Shown here piece after piece: positions 9,806 through 19,780 of a stretch of 64,000 nt of DNA. Source of the DNA: Candidatus Methylomirabilota bacterium. Lineage in GTDB: Bacteria; Verrucomicrobiota; Verrucomicrobiia; Limisphaerales; UBA11358. Positions within the stretch are counted from its first letter, which is position 1, and each line of letters starts with the position of its first letter. The stretch spans positions 3,767-67,766 of the forward strand of contig DASQOZ010000030.1 in NCBI GenBank assembly GCA_035644195.1, read 5' to 3'. The notes under the pieces were generated by a model, which worked only from the letters and a program-made list of their open reading frames with translations, did no database searches and had not been told where the DNA came from. The translations under genes were made by a program, and so were the position numbers.

Positions 9806-10387
9806 ATGCGCATCACCGGCGGCAAAGCGGCGCGACGAATCCTGAAAGTTCCAAAAGGACTCGATGTTCGCCCGACGCCCGATCTCGTCAAGCAGGCGAT
9901 TTTTAATTCGCTTGGCGAGCGAGTCATCGGCGCAAAAGTTTTGGAATTGTTCGCCGGCAGCGGCGCGTTGAGCTTGGAATGTTTGAGTCGCGGCGCGGTT
10001 TCCGTGATGTGCGTCGAGAAATCGCATCGGCACGCGGAATTTATCCGCAGCAACGCGGAAGCAGCGGGCTACGGCGAAATTCTGGAAGTGCGAACGCAGG
10101 ATGTTTTTCCAGTGATGAACCAACTGGCGGAAAGCGGACGGCAATTCGATTTGATCCTCGCCGATCCGCCTTACGGTGAGAAAAATGTGAATCGCCGCTC
10201 GACTTCATTCGCGCAGCAGTTGCTCGACGATAAAAATCTGCCGAAGCTCCTCGCGCCGAATGGAAGATTCATTCTTGGTCACACCAAACGCGATACGTTG
10301 GAAATCGTCGCGCCGTGGACAGAAGTAAAAATGCTCAAGCACGGCGACACCGTGATGCGGTTTTTATTGTCAAATTCCTCGACATGA
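9806..10387 (+). CDS. rsmD: 16S rRNA m2G966 methyltransferase RsmD
   Basis: MRITGG, RPTPD, LELFAGSGAL, DPPY. Confidence 0.92.
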   Translation: MRITGGKAARRILKVPKGLDVRPTPDLVKQAIFNSLGERVIGAKVLELFAGSGALSLECLSRGAVSVMCVEKSHRHAEFIRSNAEAAGYGEILEVRTQDVFPVMNQLAESGRQFDLILADPPYGEKNVNRRSTSFAQQLLDDKNLPKLLAPNGRFILGHTKRDTLEIVAPWTEVKMLKHGDTVMRFLLSNSST

Positions 10388-10452
10388 AAATCTTTACAAA
10401 ATCTGGAAGGAATGGCTTGCGTGAATAAAATAATTATATTGAATTAACAAAG

Positions 10453-10889
10453 ATGTTGGGCGGCGTAACAACTTCAAATCGCATTCATAATCAAACGAAG
10501 GAGTTTCCAACTTCATCGGATGTGTTCCGGCATTTGTTGAAAAAACTTATTGATGCTGGTGGCGATCGATGGATTCATTTTGACGGCCCTGAAAAAGAAG
10601 CATGGGTTGAAGTTGCAAATGATTTGAATGATTATCTCGAATTAAATTTTAGTTTTCCTTTCAAAGAAAACCTCCAAGAACTCTTTGCAAAAAACAAATT
10701 GTTGTGCCAGCAGACTGGAAGTTAATTCAATGTAAACCAAAAAGGCTTGGTGGATTTTTCGCCGGTTATGCTTGTTATTCCGTTCACAAAAACAACTCGG
10801 ATTATTTATTGCCATCGTTCATTGACGATTTGTTCGTCAAATTATTTGCGTGTGCTAAAGATTATTCGGTGAGTGGATACTTGACTTGA
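10453..10889 (+). pseudogene. AT-rich hypothetical gene split by a 1-nt frameshift
   Basis: ORFs 10453-10725 and 10704-10889 join into about 145 aa if one A is added in the A-runs at 10689-10698. Confidence 0.5.
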
Positions 10890-10918
10890 TTTAGACGTGC
10901 TCATTTGCTTCACGTCGT

Positions 10919-12124
10919 TTAATCGCTTTGCGCATCTTCAACCGCTTCGCGAATCGTCTCGCGAAATTTCTCCATGCCCTGATCAAACGCGGCGGAAATC
11001 GGCAGCACTTTCACTTTTTTAATTTTCGTTTTGAATTGTTTCAGATTTTTCTCGGCGACGGCTTCGTCCATTTTGTTGGCGACGACGAGGCGTGATTTTT
11101 CGAGCAATGCGGGATCGTAAAGTTCCAATTCTTTAAGCAATTGTTTGTAATCGTCCCACGGCGTGCGGCCGTCTGTGCCGGCCATGTCGAGCAGCAGCAC
11201 GAGAATTTTGCAGCGCTGGATGTGGCGCAAAAATTCGTGGCCGAGTCCGACGTTGTTGTGCGCGCCTTCAATCAAACCCGGCACGTCGCAGACCGTGAGC
11301 CGCTTCCAATCGGCATATTCGACGATGCCGATCTGCGGGTGCAACGTTGTGAAGGGATACGGCGCGACTTTCGGACGCGCTTTGGAAATGGCCGTGAGCA
11401 AGGTGGATTTGCCCGCGTTTGGATAACCGACAAGCCCGACCTCGGCCATGATGCGCAGTTCCAAAAGAAATTCGCCTTCCGTGCCGGGTTCTCCCGGTTG
11501 CGCGAATCGCGGCGTCTGATGGCGCGAGGTGGCGAAATTGCGGTTGCCCAATCCGCCGCGACCGCCTTTGCACAAAATAAATTGTTGTCCGTGTGTCGTG
11601 AGGTCGGCGACGAGTTCGCCTTTGCCTTCGTTGTCTTCGGCATCGGCCGTTCCTTCGGCTTCCTTGCTCAAATCAATTTCCAAAACAGGCCCGCCGCTTG
11701 AACTGCGGATGAGCGGACGTTTGCCAGTGCTGCTTGAAAAAATAGGATTTTTTTCTTCGGTTTCAACTTCTTCCTCATCGTCATCGTCAGGACTCTTCAT
11801 TTTCTTTTCGATGGGCGGCGTGGTGTCTTTAATTCGCCATACGAGCGTGCCGCAGGGGACTTTGATGATGAGATCGTCTCCCGCGTGACCGTCCATGCCT
11901 TTGCCCATACCGGCTTCGCCGCCCTTGGCGATGAGGCGCGGCTGATAATACTGCCCGATAAGATTGTTGAGGTCGTGGTTGGCTTGCAAGATTACGCTGC
12001 CGCCGCGACCGCCGTTGCCGCCGCTCGGCCCGCCCTTGGTGATGTAAGCCTCGCGATGGAACGCGACGCAGCCTTTGCCGCCGTGTCCCGCCTGCGCGTA
12101 AATTTTTATTTCGTCAATGAACAT
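10919..12124 (-). CDS. obgE: GTPase ObgE/CgtA with acidic insertion
   Basis: MFIDE, glycine-rich Obg fold, GYPNAGKST, YPFTT, DVPG, NKMD. Confidence 0.96.
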   Translation of the reverse strand: MFIDEIKIYAQAGHGGKGCVAFHREAYITKGGPSGGNGGRGGSVILQANHDLNNLIGQYYQPRLIAKGGEAGMGKGMDGHAGDDLIIKVPCGTLVWRIKDTTPPIEKKMKSPDDDDEEEVETEEKNPIFSSSTGKRPLIRSSSGGPVLEIDLSKEAEGTADAEDNEGKGELVADLTTHGQQFILCKGGRGGLGNRNFATSRHQTPRFAQPGEPGTEGEFLLELRIMAEVGLVGYPNAGKSTLLTAISKARPKVAPYPFTTLHPQIGIVEYADWKRLTVCDVPGLIEGAHNNVGLGHEFLRHIQRCKILVLLLDMAGTDGRTPWDDYKQLLKELELYDPALLEKSRLVVANKMDEAVAEKNLKQFKTKIKKVKVLPISAAFDQGMEKFRETIREAVEDAQSD

Positions 12125-12128
12125 GAAG

Positions 12129-12614
12129 TCATTCTCCGGCAAGTTGCAGAACTTGAAGGCGCAAATCCGATGAAACCCAAAAATTCGCTTCGCGCTCCAA
12201 ACGTTCCAATAAAATTTTGACGCTGGAAATTAATTTGTCATTTTTTGCGTCGGTTAATATGCCCAAAATTCCGACCGTGCGAACGCCCAATCTGATTGCA
12301 ACTTTTCGGCCGATTTTTTCATCAATCAATAGCGCGTCCGCTCTTTGTTTCAAAAACAGAGCGATGGCCGCAGCTTCGCCTGCGTCCAGTTCCACTTCGA
12401 CGGCTTCGACCGGATACGACTTTGGCGCAGATAAAATTTCAATCCAATCCGGCAAAACCAAACCGGAAAATCGTTTTTGAACTTTTGTCAGATGGACGAA
12501 TTCATCGGCCACTTCCGTTGGAATCAAAACGCGATGGAAAAGTTGTTGCAGCAAATGTTCGTGCTGAATGCGGCACAAGTTCAGAATGACCGAGGTGTCA
12601 GCGACGACAATCAT
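12129..12614 (-). CDS. DUF3368 PIN-like toxin
   Basis: VVADTS, LDAGEAAAI, LLIDE..GR, GILGIL. Confidence 0.85.
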   Translation of the reverse strand: MIVVADTSVILNLCRIQHEHLLQQLFHRVLIPTEVADEFVHLTKVQKRFSGLVLPDWIEILSAPKSYPVEAVEVELDAGEAAAIALFLKQRADALLIDEKIGRKVAIRLGVRTVGILGILTDAKNDKLISSVKILLERLEREANFWVSSDLRLQVLQLAGE

Positions 12615-12850
12615 CGCTTTTTAAGTTCGCGAAGCTCCCGAATCGTGCGCATGTCCTGTTCCAAATCGTCAACGTCGTAATGTTGCGGAATCTGTCGTTC
12701 CTTTAACAAGCCTTGAAATTCAAAAAAACCGATGTCCGCAATATGCACTGCCTGGATAATTGTGACTTTGCATGCGGCATAAAGCGACAGCGCGAGTTCC
12801 TGTTTCAACTCGCTCTCGCTAAATTTTGTTTCCGGCAATGTGAGCGTCAT
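12611..12850 (-). CDS. UPF0175 family antitoxin
   Basis: ELALSLY, EFQGLLKERQIP, YDVDDLEQD; 4-nt overlap with the toxin. Confidence 0.85.
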   Translation of the reverse strand: MTLTLPETKFSESELKQELALSLYAACKVTIIQAVHIADIGFFEFQGLLKERQIPQHYDVDDLEQDMRTIRELRELKKR

Positions 12851-12856
12851 ATCTGG

Positions 12857-12885
12857 ACTTTAATCAATTTTACGCTTGCGGTCAA
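12857..12885 (-). promoter_or_regulatory. Sigma70-like promoter of the UPF0175/DUF3368/obgE unit (leaderless)
   Basis: TTGACC-17nt-TAAAGT ending 6 nt before ATG 12850. Confidence 0.6.
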
Positions 12886-12901
12886 ACGCGGTCTGGAAAA
12901 C

Positions 12902-12929
12902 AAAAAAAGCGAGGCGTGAACCTCGCTTT
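12902..12929 (-). terminator. Intrinsic terminator after rplU-rpmA
   Basis: AAAGCGAGG/CCTCGCTTT stem with a T7 tract on the minus strand. Confidence 0.75.
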
Positions 12930-12950
12930 GAAAATTTCACAGCCGAAAAT

Positions 12951-13211
12951 TTAATTCTTCGCGGCGGCTTCGGCCACGACGTTTACGCGGCGGCTTTGCT
13001 TGTCGAACAGAACCTTGCCGTCCGTGAGGGCGAACAACGTCCAGTCACGTCCAACGCCGACGTTTTTGCCCGCGACAAATTTGCTGCCGCGCTGGCGGAT
13101 GATGATGCTGCCGGCGGTGACAAACGTGCCGCCAAATTCTTTTACGCCCAGCCGTTTGCTGACGCTGTCGCGCCCGTTGCGGACGCTGCCTTGACCTTTT
13201 TTATGTGCCAT
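12951..13211 (-). CDS. rpmA: 50S ribosomal protein L27
   Basis: [16 protein letters not shown]...RQRG. Confidence 0.98.
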   Translation of the reverse strand: MAHKKGQGSVRNGRDSVSKRLGVKEFGGTFVTAGSIIIRQRGSKFVAGKNVGVGRDWTLFALTDGKVLFDKQSRRVNVVAEAAAKN

Positions 13212-13215
13212 AAAA

Positions 13216-13527
13216 TTAAGCGTTGATTGCGGTGATTTTCACGACCGTCAATTCCTGCCGATGACCGATGGTCTTGTGATAACCTTTGCGGCGTTTCATC
13301 TTGAACGTGAGTTTCTTCTCGCCGCGCTTATGCTCGACAACATCCGCCACGACGGTCGCGCCAGAAACGGTCGGTGAACCGACGGCGAGCTTGCCGCCAT
13401 TGTTGACGAGCAGCACGCGGTCAAACGTGACCGGCTTGCCCGCCTCGACTTCAAGGCGTTCGATTTCGAGCTTGTCGCCCGCGACGACGCGATATTGTTT
13501 GCTGCCTGTTTCTAAAACTGCATACAT
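13216..13527 (-). CDS. rplU: 50S ribosomal protein L21
   Basis: [12 protein letters not shown]...GHRQELT. Confidence 0.98.
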   Translation of the reverse strand: MYAVLETGSKQYRVVAGDKLEIERLEVEAGKPVTFDRVLLVNNGGKLAVGSPTVSGATVVADVVEHKRGEKKLTFKMKRRKGYHKTIGHRQELTVVKITAINA

Positions 13528-13575
13528 AAATTTTCCCGCAAAGGGTCGGTAATTAAATCAGATTTTCGGAAACTG

Positions 13576-14247
13576 TCAACGCCTGTTTTTTGGCAAATTG
13601 GCTTGTTCCCGTCGGCGCAACTGTCGCTCCCGTTTCTTAATTTCACCGGCCAGCAATTCTTCCGCCGACCAGCCGCGCGATTGCGCGAGCGACGCCAGTT
13701 CAAAAAGTTCTTTTGCCAAGTTGGTTTTTGAAAATTTTCGCTTTGAGCTTTTTTCTGCCGCAATCAAATCAGCTTTTTTTGCTTTCTTCAAAAGTTTTTC
13801 CGCGCGCAGCAGCGCAGGCAGACGTTTCGGAATTCCGTCCAGCGCCGAATGTCGCGCATGTTTTGTTCCATGCTTTTCCGCTTTCTTGATTTTTTCCCAA
13901 TTCGCCCAGACTTCGTCCACATTTTTGACTTTGGTTTTCCCAAAAACGTGCGGATGACGGCGGATCAATTTATCCACGAGATGCCGCGTGACCTTTTCAA
14001 AATCAAACGCGCCGCGCTCGCTTGCGAGTTGGCAGTGAAAAACAACTTGCAACAACAAATCGCCCAACTCCTCGGCCATTTCGTGGTCGTCGCGCGACTC
14101 GATGGCGTCAATCAATTCATAAACCTCCTCGATTGCGTGACGTCGCAAACTCATGTGCGTCTGCTCGCGATCCCACGGACAGCCTTTCGGCGAACGCAGC
14201 TTCGCCATGACTTTGAGCAAATCATTTATTGCCGGTTGTTTTTTCAT
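13576..14247 (-). CDS. mazG: MazG nucleoside triphosphate pyrophosphohydrolase
   Basis: LRSPKGCPWDREQT, EELGDLL, RRHPHVF. Confidence 0.93.
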   Translation of the reverse strand: MKKQPAINDLLKVMAKLRSPKGCPWDREQTHMSLRRHAIEEVYELIDAIESRDDHEMAEELGDLLLQVVFHCQLASERGAFDFEKVTRHLVDKLIRRHPHVFGKTKVKNVDEVWANWEKIKKAEKHGTKHARHSALDGIPKRLPALLRAEKLLKKAKKADLIAAEKSSKRKFSKTNLAKELFELASLAQSRGWSAEELLAGEIKKRERQLRRREQANLPKNRR

Positions 14248-14255
14248 TTTGAATT

Positions 14256-14329
14256 AACCACCAAGACACCAAGTTCACCAAGAATTTTCGTTTGAGAATT
14301 TTACTTGGTGTCTTTGTGCCTTGGTGGTT
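14256..14329. repeat. Intergenic palindromic repeat (AACCACCAAG...CTTGGTGGTT family)
   Basis: Inverted arms built of 9-mer units; second copy at 29446-29609; similar design at 16221-16283. Confidence 0.7.
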
Positions 14330-15405
14330 CAAAGAATTACCAAATCGTCGCGATGCACCAGTTCCACGCGCGCGAGTTTTTTGGCGCGGATTTCTTCGGC
14401 GGAAAATTTCGCGATGCCGCGCGCGAATTCCGTTCCGTTCAAATCGCAAATACGAACGACTTCTTCCGCGCTGAAATCTCCTTCGCAACGTGCGACGCCG
14501 GGCTGCAACAGGCTTTTACCGGATTCGCGCAATGCTTTTTTCGCGCCGTCGTCCACAAACAACGCGCCTTTGGGATGATGGAAAAACGCAATCCATCGTT
14601 TACGTCCCTGCAATTTGTTCGGCTGCGCGACGAACAGCGTGCCTTCGTCTTCCCCCGCCAGAACTTTCGCGAGCACATTTTTCTTTTTGCCCGACGCGAT
14701 CACGAGCGGAATTCCCGAACGCACGACAATTTTTGCCGCTTCAATTTTCGATCTCATTCCGCCGACAGCCGTTTCGCTGGTCGTGCCGCCCGCGAGCTTT
14801 TCAATCGTCGCATCAATCTGCTCGATGACAGAAATGGTTTTCGGATTCGACTTGCTGAAATTTTCGATGACGCCGTCCACCGTTGTCAAAATTACCAATA
14901 AATCTGCGGGTAAAAGCGACGCGACGAGCGCGGACAATTTATCGTTGTCGCCGAATTTGATTTCCGTGAACGAGACAGCGTCGTTTTCGTTGATGATGGG
15001 CACGACGCCGCGACCGAGCAACGTGACGAGCGTGTTGCGCGCGTTGAGATGGCGCTCGTGATGTTCCAAATCCTCGTGCGTGAGCAAAACTTGCGCGACG
15101 TGCAAATCGTGTTTTAAGAAAAGCTCCGCGTAAATCGCCATGAGCCGTGTTTGCCCGATGGCGGCGCACGCTTGAAGTTCCGCGAGTTCAGTCGGGCGTC
15201 TTTCATAACCGAGCGCGCCCATGCCTGCACCGACCGCGCCGCTCGTGACGAGTACAATTTCTTTTCCACTTTTTCGCAACACGGCGATTTGTGCGACGAG
15301 CTGTTCCAACTGCGCCGGATCAATTTGTTTCCGGCTGTCAGTCAGGACGCCTGTGCCGAGTTTGACGACGAGGCGCAAAATGGATTTGAGCGGGTCACGA
15401 TGCAC
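14329..15405 (-). CDS. proB: Glutamate 5-kinase
   Basis: VVKLGT, VTSGAV, NENDAV, FGDND, PUA domain. Confidence 0.96.
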   Translation of the reverse strand: MHRDPLKSILRLVVKLGTGVLTDSRKQIDPAQLEQLVAQIAVLRKSGKEIVLVTSGAVGAGMGALGYERRPTELAELQACAAIGQTRLMAIYAELFLKHDLHVAQVLLTHEDLEHHERHLNARNTLVTLLGRGVVPIINENDAVSFTEIKFGDNDKLSALVASLLPADLLVILTTVDGVIENFSKSNPKTISVIEQIDATIEKLAGGTTSETAVGGMRSKIEAAKIVVRSGIPLVIASGKKKNVLAKVLAGEDEGTLFVAQPNKLQGRKRWIAFFHHPKGALFVDDGAKKALRESGKSLLQPGVARCEGDFSAEEVVRICDLNGTEFARGIAKFSAEEIRAKKLARVELVHRDDLVIL

Positions 15406-15442
15406 GCGCTAAAGGTAGAAAAAATTTTGCGCGCGGAAAATG

Positions 15443-16174
15443 TTAAAATGCGATGCCGAAAAGATTCAAAACGTCCTGCAACGCCGGAGAATTTCCGGCT
15501 TTGAAATTTTTCGAGCCGATCATCGAATCGAAAAAATGATTGCTGCGCAAATCCACAAGCACGGCCAGCCCCGCCAAATCATTTGGCGATTTCACGTTTT
15601 GCATCACCAGGTTGTCAATGCCGATGATCTGCTCGCGATTGTTGCGTGAGTCGGTCAGGTCAATGAACTTCACTTTGCCGATGGAAACATTCAGCGTGTC
15701 AATCCCTTTGAAATTGTAGCCGGTTTGTGTTTTGAAATTAAGGACATTTGCGCTGCCCGATTTTTTTGCCGGCAATTTTGTTCCGAACGCAAAAATATTC
15801 GTCTGGCCGGCCTGATTTTTCACAATGTCCAGTTCGGCGAGGTTGAAACGCATCAGCGTGATGTGGATTTCCTTTTTCAAAAATGCGGCGCGGTCGTATT
15901 CGATGTGAATTTCCGGAATGTCCAAAAATGGCGCGCCGCCAAAAGCCGGAGCATTGTAAATTTTTGCGTTCTGGATTTCCACCGTCGGTGCCATGATGGC
16001 GAGTTTGAAACTGCGAATCTCGGCGTCCATTCCCGTCTGCGCGCGGATTTGATGCTGAATCGTATTGCGCAAGATCAAATTGTAAGTCAGTAGAAAAACC
16101 ACAGCCGCGCCGATGGCCAATCCCGCCGCCACGAGAAACAGCCGAAACGTCCATTTGAAAAACCATTTGATCAT
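15443..16174 (-). CDS. AsmA-like membrane-anchored protein
   Basis: N-terminal TM followed by an AsmA-type beta-rich region (IYNAPAFG). Confidence 0.6.
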   Translation of the reverse strand: MIKWFFKWTFRLFLVAAGLAIGAAVVFLLTYNLILRNTIQHQIRAQTGMDAEIRSFKLAIMAPTVEIQNAKIYNAPAFGGAPFLDIPEIHIEYDRAAFLKKEIHITLMRFNLAELDIVKNQAGQTNIFAFGTKLPAKKSGSANVLNFKTQTGYNFKGIDTLNVSIGKVKFIDLTDSRNNREQIIGIDNLVMQNVKSPNDLAGLAVLVDLRSNHFFDSMIGSKNFKAGNSPALQDVLNLFGIAF

Positions 16175-16337
16175 TTGCGTGATGATTCACGATTTGCGCG
16201 CAAAATTCCAGCTTCAAACCTCACGCAAAGGCGCAAAGCCCGCAAAGACAATTTTAATTTAGCGTCTCTGCGTTTTTGTGTGACTAATTTTCGTTCCCGC
16301 CTTTACGTTTCGCCGCAAATGAAGTATCTATCCGTGT

Positions 16338-16967
16338 ATGCAAAATTATTACGTTCCGATCATTGTGGAGCAGACAGGTCGCGGCGAACGGAGTTGGGAT
16401 ATTTATTCGCGGCTGCTCGTTGACCGGATCATTTTCGTCGGCACGGCGGTAGACGACAACGTCGCGAACATCCTCATCGCGCAGCTTTTGTTCCTGCAAA
16501 TGTCCGACCCGAAGAAGGACATCCATCTGTATATCAATTCGCCCGGCGGCAGCGTCACGGCAGGCCTGGCGATTTACGACACGATGCAATATCTCACCTG
16601 CGACGTGAACACTTACTGCGTCGGGCAGGCGGCGAGCATGGGCGCGGTGCTGCTGGCGGCGGGCACGAAGGGCAAGCGTTACGCGCTGCCGAACGCGAAC
16701 ATCATGATCCATCAAGTGCTCGGCGGCGCGGAAGGCCAGGCCAGCGACGTGGAAATCCGCGTCAAATATATGCTCAAGCTCAAACAACGCCTGAACAGCA
16801 TCCTCGCCAAGCACACCGGCAAGCCGGAGGCGCAGGTGGAACGCGATTGCGACCGCGACAATTTCATGTCCGCCGACGAAGCGAAGGCTTACGGCATCGT
16901 GGACCAAGTCGTGCAATCGCGGAAAGAAATTCCCGGCGGAATGGAAAAAACGCCAGTGATTGTGTAA
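16338..16967 (+). CDS. clpP: ATP-dependent Clp protease proteolytic subunit
   Basis: [25 protein letters not shown]. Confidence 0.98.
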   Translation: MQNYYVPIIVEQTGRGERSWDIYSRLLVDRIIFVGTAVDDNVANILIAQLLFLQMSDPKKDIHLYINSPGGSVTAGLAIYDTMQYLTCDVNTYCVGQAASMGAVLLAAGTKGKRYALPNANIMIHQVLGGAEGQASDVEIRVKYMLKLKQRLNSILAKHTGKPEAQVERDCDRDNFMSADEAKAYGIVDQVVQSRKEIPGGMEKTPVIV

Positions 16968-16976
16968 ATTGAATTT

Positions 16977-17300
16977 ATGACGGAAACTCAAGCACATGAA
17001 TTTGTTGCTCGTTGGAATCGCATAATTTTTCCTCGGCGGGTGCGAACGGAAGCTGAAACTATTCGAGAGGTCAGACGGCGTTTGTTTATCGTAATGTTTT
17101 TTACATTTCTTTTGGTGTTTATATCTCTCTGGATTTCTATTCGGATTCCGCAAATAGGCAGCAAAATGTCATTAGCAGGAATTTTTAATTTTTTGTTATT
17201 CAGTTTTTCTATTTGGCAGATATTACGTTTGCGACAAGCACGTCGCGTTCTTGACCAATCGCAAACCGTAAATCGCGAATCGCAAATCATAAATGGCTAG
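16977..17300 (+). CDS. AT-rich hypothetical membrane protein (2 TM)
   Basis: 107-aa ORF with two hydrophobic segments; C-terminus encoded by a heptamer array at 17257-17291. Confidence 0.55.
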   Translation: MTETQAHEFVARWNRIIFPRRVRTEAETIREVRRRLFIVMFFTFLLVFISLWISIRIPQIGSKMSLAGIFNFLLFSFSIWQILRLRQARRVLDQSQTVNRESQIING

Positions 17301-17340
17301 ACCGACCAACATCACGATGTGCAGTTTCTGCGGCACTTGA
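17293..17340 (+). pseudogene. Duplicated 5' fragment of clpX ([15 protein letters not shown])
   Basis: 40 of 43 nt identical to clpX 17959-18001; the three differences are synonymous. Confidence 0.9.
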
Positions 17341-17365
17341 CTTGTCCATACTACAGCAATACAAT
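17337..17365 (+). promoter_or_regulatory. Sigma70-like promoter of brnTA (leaderless)
   Basis: TTGACT-17nt-TACAAT ending 6 nt before ATG 17372. Confidence 0.7.
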
Positions 17366-17371
17366 TAAGCA

Positions 17372-17662
17372 ATGGATTTGCTGGCGCACGTCGAAGGATT
17401 TGAGTGGGATGGCGGCAACAGTCATAAACCCGCCAAACATGGCGTCGCGGTGAAAGAAGCTGAAGAACCATTTTTTGATGCGTTTGCGCGAGTTCAAGAT
17501 GATGCGCTTCATTCGCAGGCGGAACAGCGCTGGTGGCTTTGGGGCAAAACGGCGCATGGCCGATTTTTGAAAATTGCCTTCACCGTTCGCAACCGAAAAA
17601 TCCGCGTGATTTCAGCGCGGGACATGAACAAAAAAGAAAAAATATTTTATGAATCGAAATGA
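17372..17662 (+). CDS. brnT: BrnT family toxin
   Basis: FEWD..N..KHGV...EAEE.F, HS..E.R, IRVISAR. Confidence 0.9.
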   Translation: MDLLAHVEGFEWDGGNSHKPAKHGVAVKEAEEPFFDAFARVQDDALHSQAEQRWWLWGKTAHGRFLKIAFTVRNRKIRVISARDMNKKEKIFYESK

Positions 17663-17897
17663 AAGAACCGTTCGCAAAATGACGGCGGCGGATGAAGCCG
17701 GCAGCGACATCACCAAATCGCGTCCAGCAGTTTTTCCCCGTCTTAAACCGACGCGTCGTTCGGTGACCGTTCGCGTGCCGACGATTGTGCTCGATAAAAT
17801 CATGGCGGTCGCAAATCGCCGCGGCTCACGTTATCAAAGCATGATTAACGAATGGCTCGCAGAGCGTGCTGACAATGAATTTCATCGCGCAGCGTAA
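17649..17897 (+). CDS. brnA: BrnA/CopG-like antitoxin
   Basis: LKPT..VTVRVP...YQSMI..WL; overlaps the toxin. Confidence 0.8.
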   Translation: MNRNERTVRKMTAADEAGSDITKSRPAVFPRLKPTRRSVTVRVPTIVLDKIMAVANRRGSRYQSMINEWLAERADNEFHRAA

Positions 17898-17958
17898 GAA
17901 AATTCCCGCAGTGGAAAAAATTTCGCCGTTAGTGTAATCTTTCTTAACCGGCAATTGA

Positions 17959-19257
17959 ATGGCCAGACCAACGAACATCACGATGTGCAGTTTCTGCGGC
18001 AAGACGCACGCGGAGGTGCGCAAGCTCATCGCCGGTCCGGGCGTTTACATCTGCGACAATTGCATCATCCTTTGCAAAAACGTCCTCGACCGCGAACTGC
18101 AACTTCAAAACCAGAAGAAGCAGCCGAAATTTTCCATCCCGCGTCCGGCGGAAATCAAACGGCAACTGGATTTGTATTGCGTCGGACAGGACCATGCGAA
18201 AAAAACTCTGGCCGTCGCCGTCCACAACCATTTCAAACGCATCCAGCCGGAAATTCCGGCGGCGGAAGGTGCGGAGGTTTCAAAAATTCCCGCGCAACCG
18301 CATCCGCACGCGGAGGTGGAAATCGAGAAGAGCAATATTTTGATGATCGGCCCGACCGGTTCGGGCAAAACATTGCTCGCGCGCACGCTCGCAAAAATTC
18401 TGGACGTGCCGTTTGCGATTGCCGACGCGACATCGTTGACCGAGGCCGGTTACGTCGGCGAGGACGTTGAGAACATCGTTTTGCGTTTGCTGCAAAACGC
18501 CGATTACGACGTGAAGCGCGCGCAGCGCGGCATAGTCTACATTGACGAGATTGACAAAATCGCGCGCAAAGCCGAGGGGCCGTCCATCACGCGCGACGTG
18601 AGCGGCGAAGGCGTGCAGCAGGGATTGCTGAAAATTCTCGAAGGCACGATCTGCAACGTGCCGCCGCAGGGCGGACGCAAACATCCGCAGCAGGAATACA
18701 TCCGCGTGGATACGTCGAGCATTTTGTTCATTTGCGGCGGCGCATTTGTCGGGTTGGAAAAAGCGATTCAACGGCGGATGGGCCGGAACGTGATCGGCTT
18801 TGGCGCGACGGGCGAAGGGCATCAGGCGGCGCACGCGGCGCGCGACCAGATGTTGCAGCACGTCGAGCCGGAAGATTTGCTGAACTTCGGGTTCATCCCC
18901 GAATTCATCGGGCGCTTGCCCGTCATCACGACGCTCGCGGAATTGAGCGAGCCGCAACTGGTTTCCATTTTGGCGGAAACGAAAAATGCGCTGACGAAAC
19001 AATTCGCCAAGCTCATGGCGATGGAAGGCGTGGAATTGGAATTCACGCCCGACGCGCTGCACGAACTTGCGACGCAGGCATTGCGCAAAGGCACGGGCGC
19101 GCGCGCGTTGCGCGGGCTGATCGAAAAGCTGATGTTGGATTTGATGTTCGATGCGCCGGAAGGCGGCAACATCGTGCATGTGAAAATCACGGCAGCCGTA
19201 GTGCGCGGCGAAAGCAAACCGATCGTCCGCCGCAAGCAGGACGCGGAAGCGGCGTAG
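17959..19257 (+). CDS. clpX: ATP-dependent Clp protease ATP-binding subunit ClpX
   Basis: CSFCGK zinc finger, [20 protein letters not shown]. Confidence 0.98.
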   Translation: MARPTNITMCSFCGKTHAEVRKLIAGPGVYICDNCIILCKNVLDRELQLQNQKKQPKFSIPRPAEIKRQLDLYCVGQDHAKKTLAVAVHNHFKRIQPEIPAAEGAEVSKIPAQPHPHAEVEIEKSNILMIGPTGSGKTLLARTLAKILDVPFAIADATSLTEAGYVGEDVENIVLRLLQNADYDVKRAQRGIVYIDEIDKIARKAEGPSITRDVSGEGVQQGLLKILEGTICNVPPQGGRKHPQQEYIRVDTSSILFICGGAFVGLEKAIQRRMGRNVIGFGATGEGHQAAHAARDQMLQHVEPEDLLNFGFIPEFIGRLPVITTLAELSEPQLVSILAETKNALTKQFAKLMAMEGVELEFTPDALHELATQALRKGTGARALRGLIEKLMLDLMFDAPEGGNIVHVKITAAVVRGESKPIVRRKQDAEAA

Positions 19258-19285
19258 AATCAGGCTGCAAAAACTGACCGAGGAC

Positions 19286-19570
19286 ATGGTTATGAATAAA
19301 ATTCTCTTGATTGTCGAAAGACCCGATGACCAATCTGATACATCTAAAACAATCTGGCGGGAGTTTTTGCGCTCCACAGAGGCAATCGAAAAGCAGTCCA
19401 CAGACATCCGGGTCCTTTCTTCAAATATGTGGCTCCTTCCAACGCAACCAAACTTGAGTTTCGCGCAGGCACTATGTTCAGAAGCGAGGAACCGAAACTT
19501 AAGATATGAACTCCTTGCTTGCGGTGTGATGCAAAAAGACATTTATCAGGCAATTGACCCTTTGGCTTAG
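19286..19570 (+). CDS. Hypothetical protein
   Basis: 94-aa ORF with GAGGA RBS. Confidence 0.45.
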   Translation: MVMNKILLIVERPDDQSDTSKTIWREFLRSTEAIEKQSTDIRVLSSNMWLLPTQPNLSFAQALCSEARNRNLRYELLACGVMQKDIYQAIDPLA

Positions 19571-19598
19571 CTTTGGGGTGAACTTCTTGCCATTCGAA

Positions 19599-19730
19599 TT
19601 AAATGAAGCCAAACACACTTCGGATTCTCAATAGCTGTGGAGTCGCAATTGCAGCTTGTGGTGTTGGAATACCGCCTTCGGCCAGACCGAGTTTGGCTTC
19701 GTCAATCGCGGCTTGAAGAAATGGATCCAT
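19599..19730 (-). pseudogene. 5' remnant of a cytosine/nucleoside deaminase
   Basis: MDPFLQAAIDEAKLGLAEGGIP matches the family N-terminus, followed by unrelated sequence and a stop after 43 aa. Confidence 0.7.
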
Positions 19731-19780
19731 GCCGCGTTTTAACGTTTCTATTAGAAATCCGCAAATGCGAACTGAAGCAA

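Noticed and set aside
18280..19542. Long antisense ORFs (also 8216-9295, 22638-23774, 28292-29275, 51809-52897)
   Set aside because: Shadows of well-supported genes in GC-rich DNA, with no recognisable motifs
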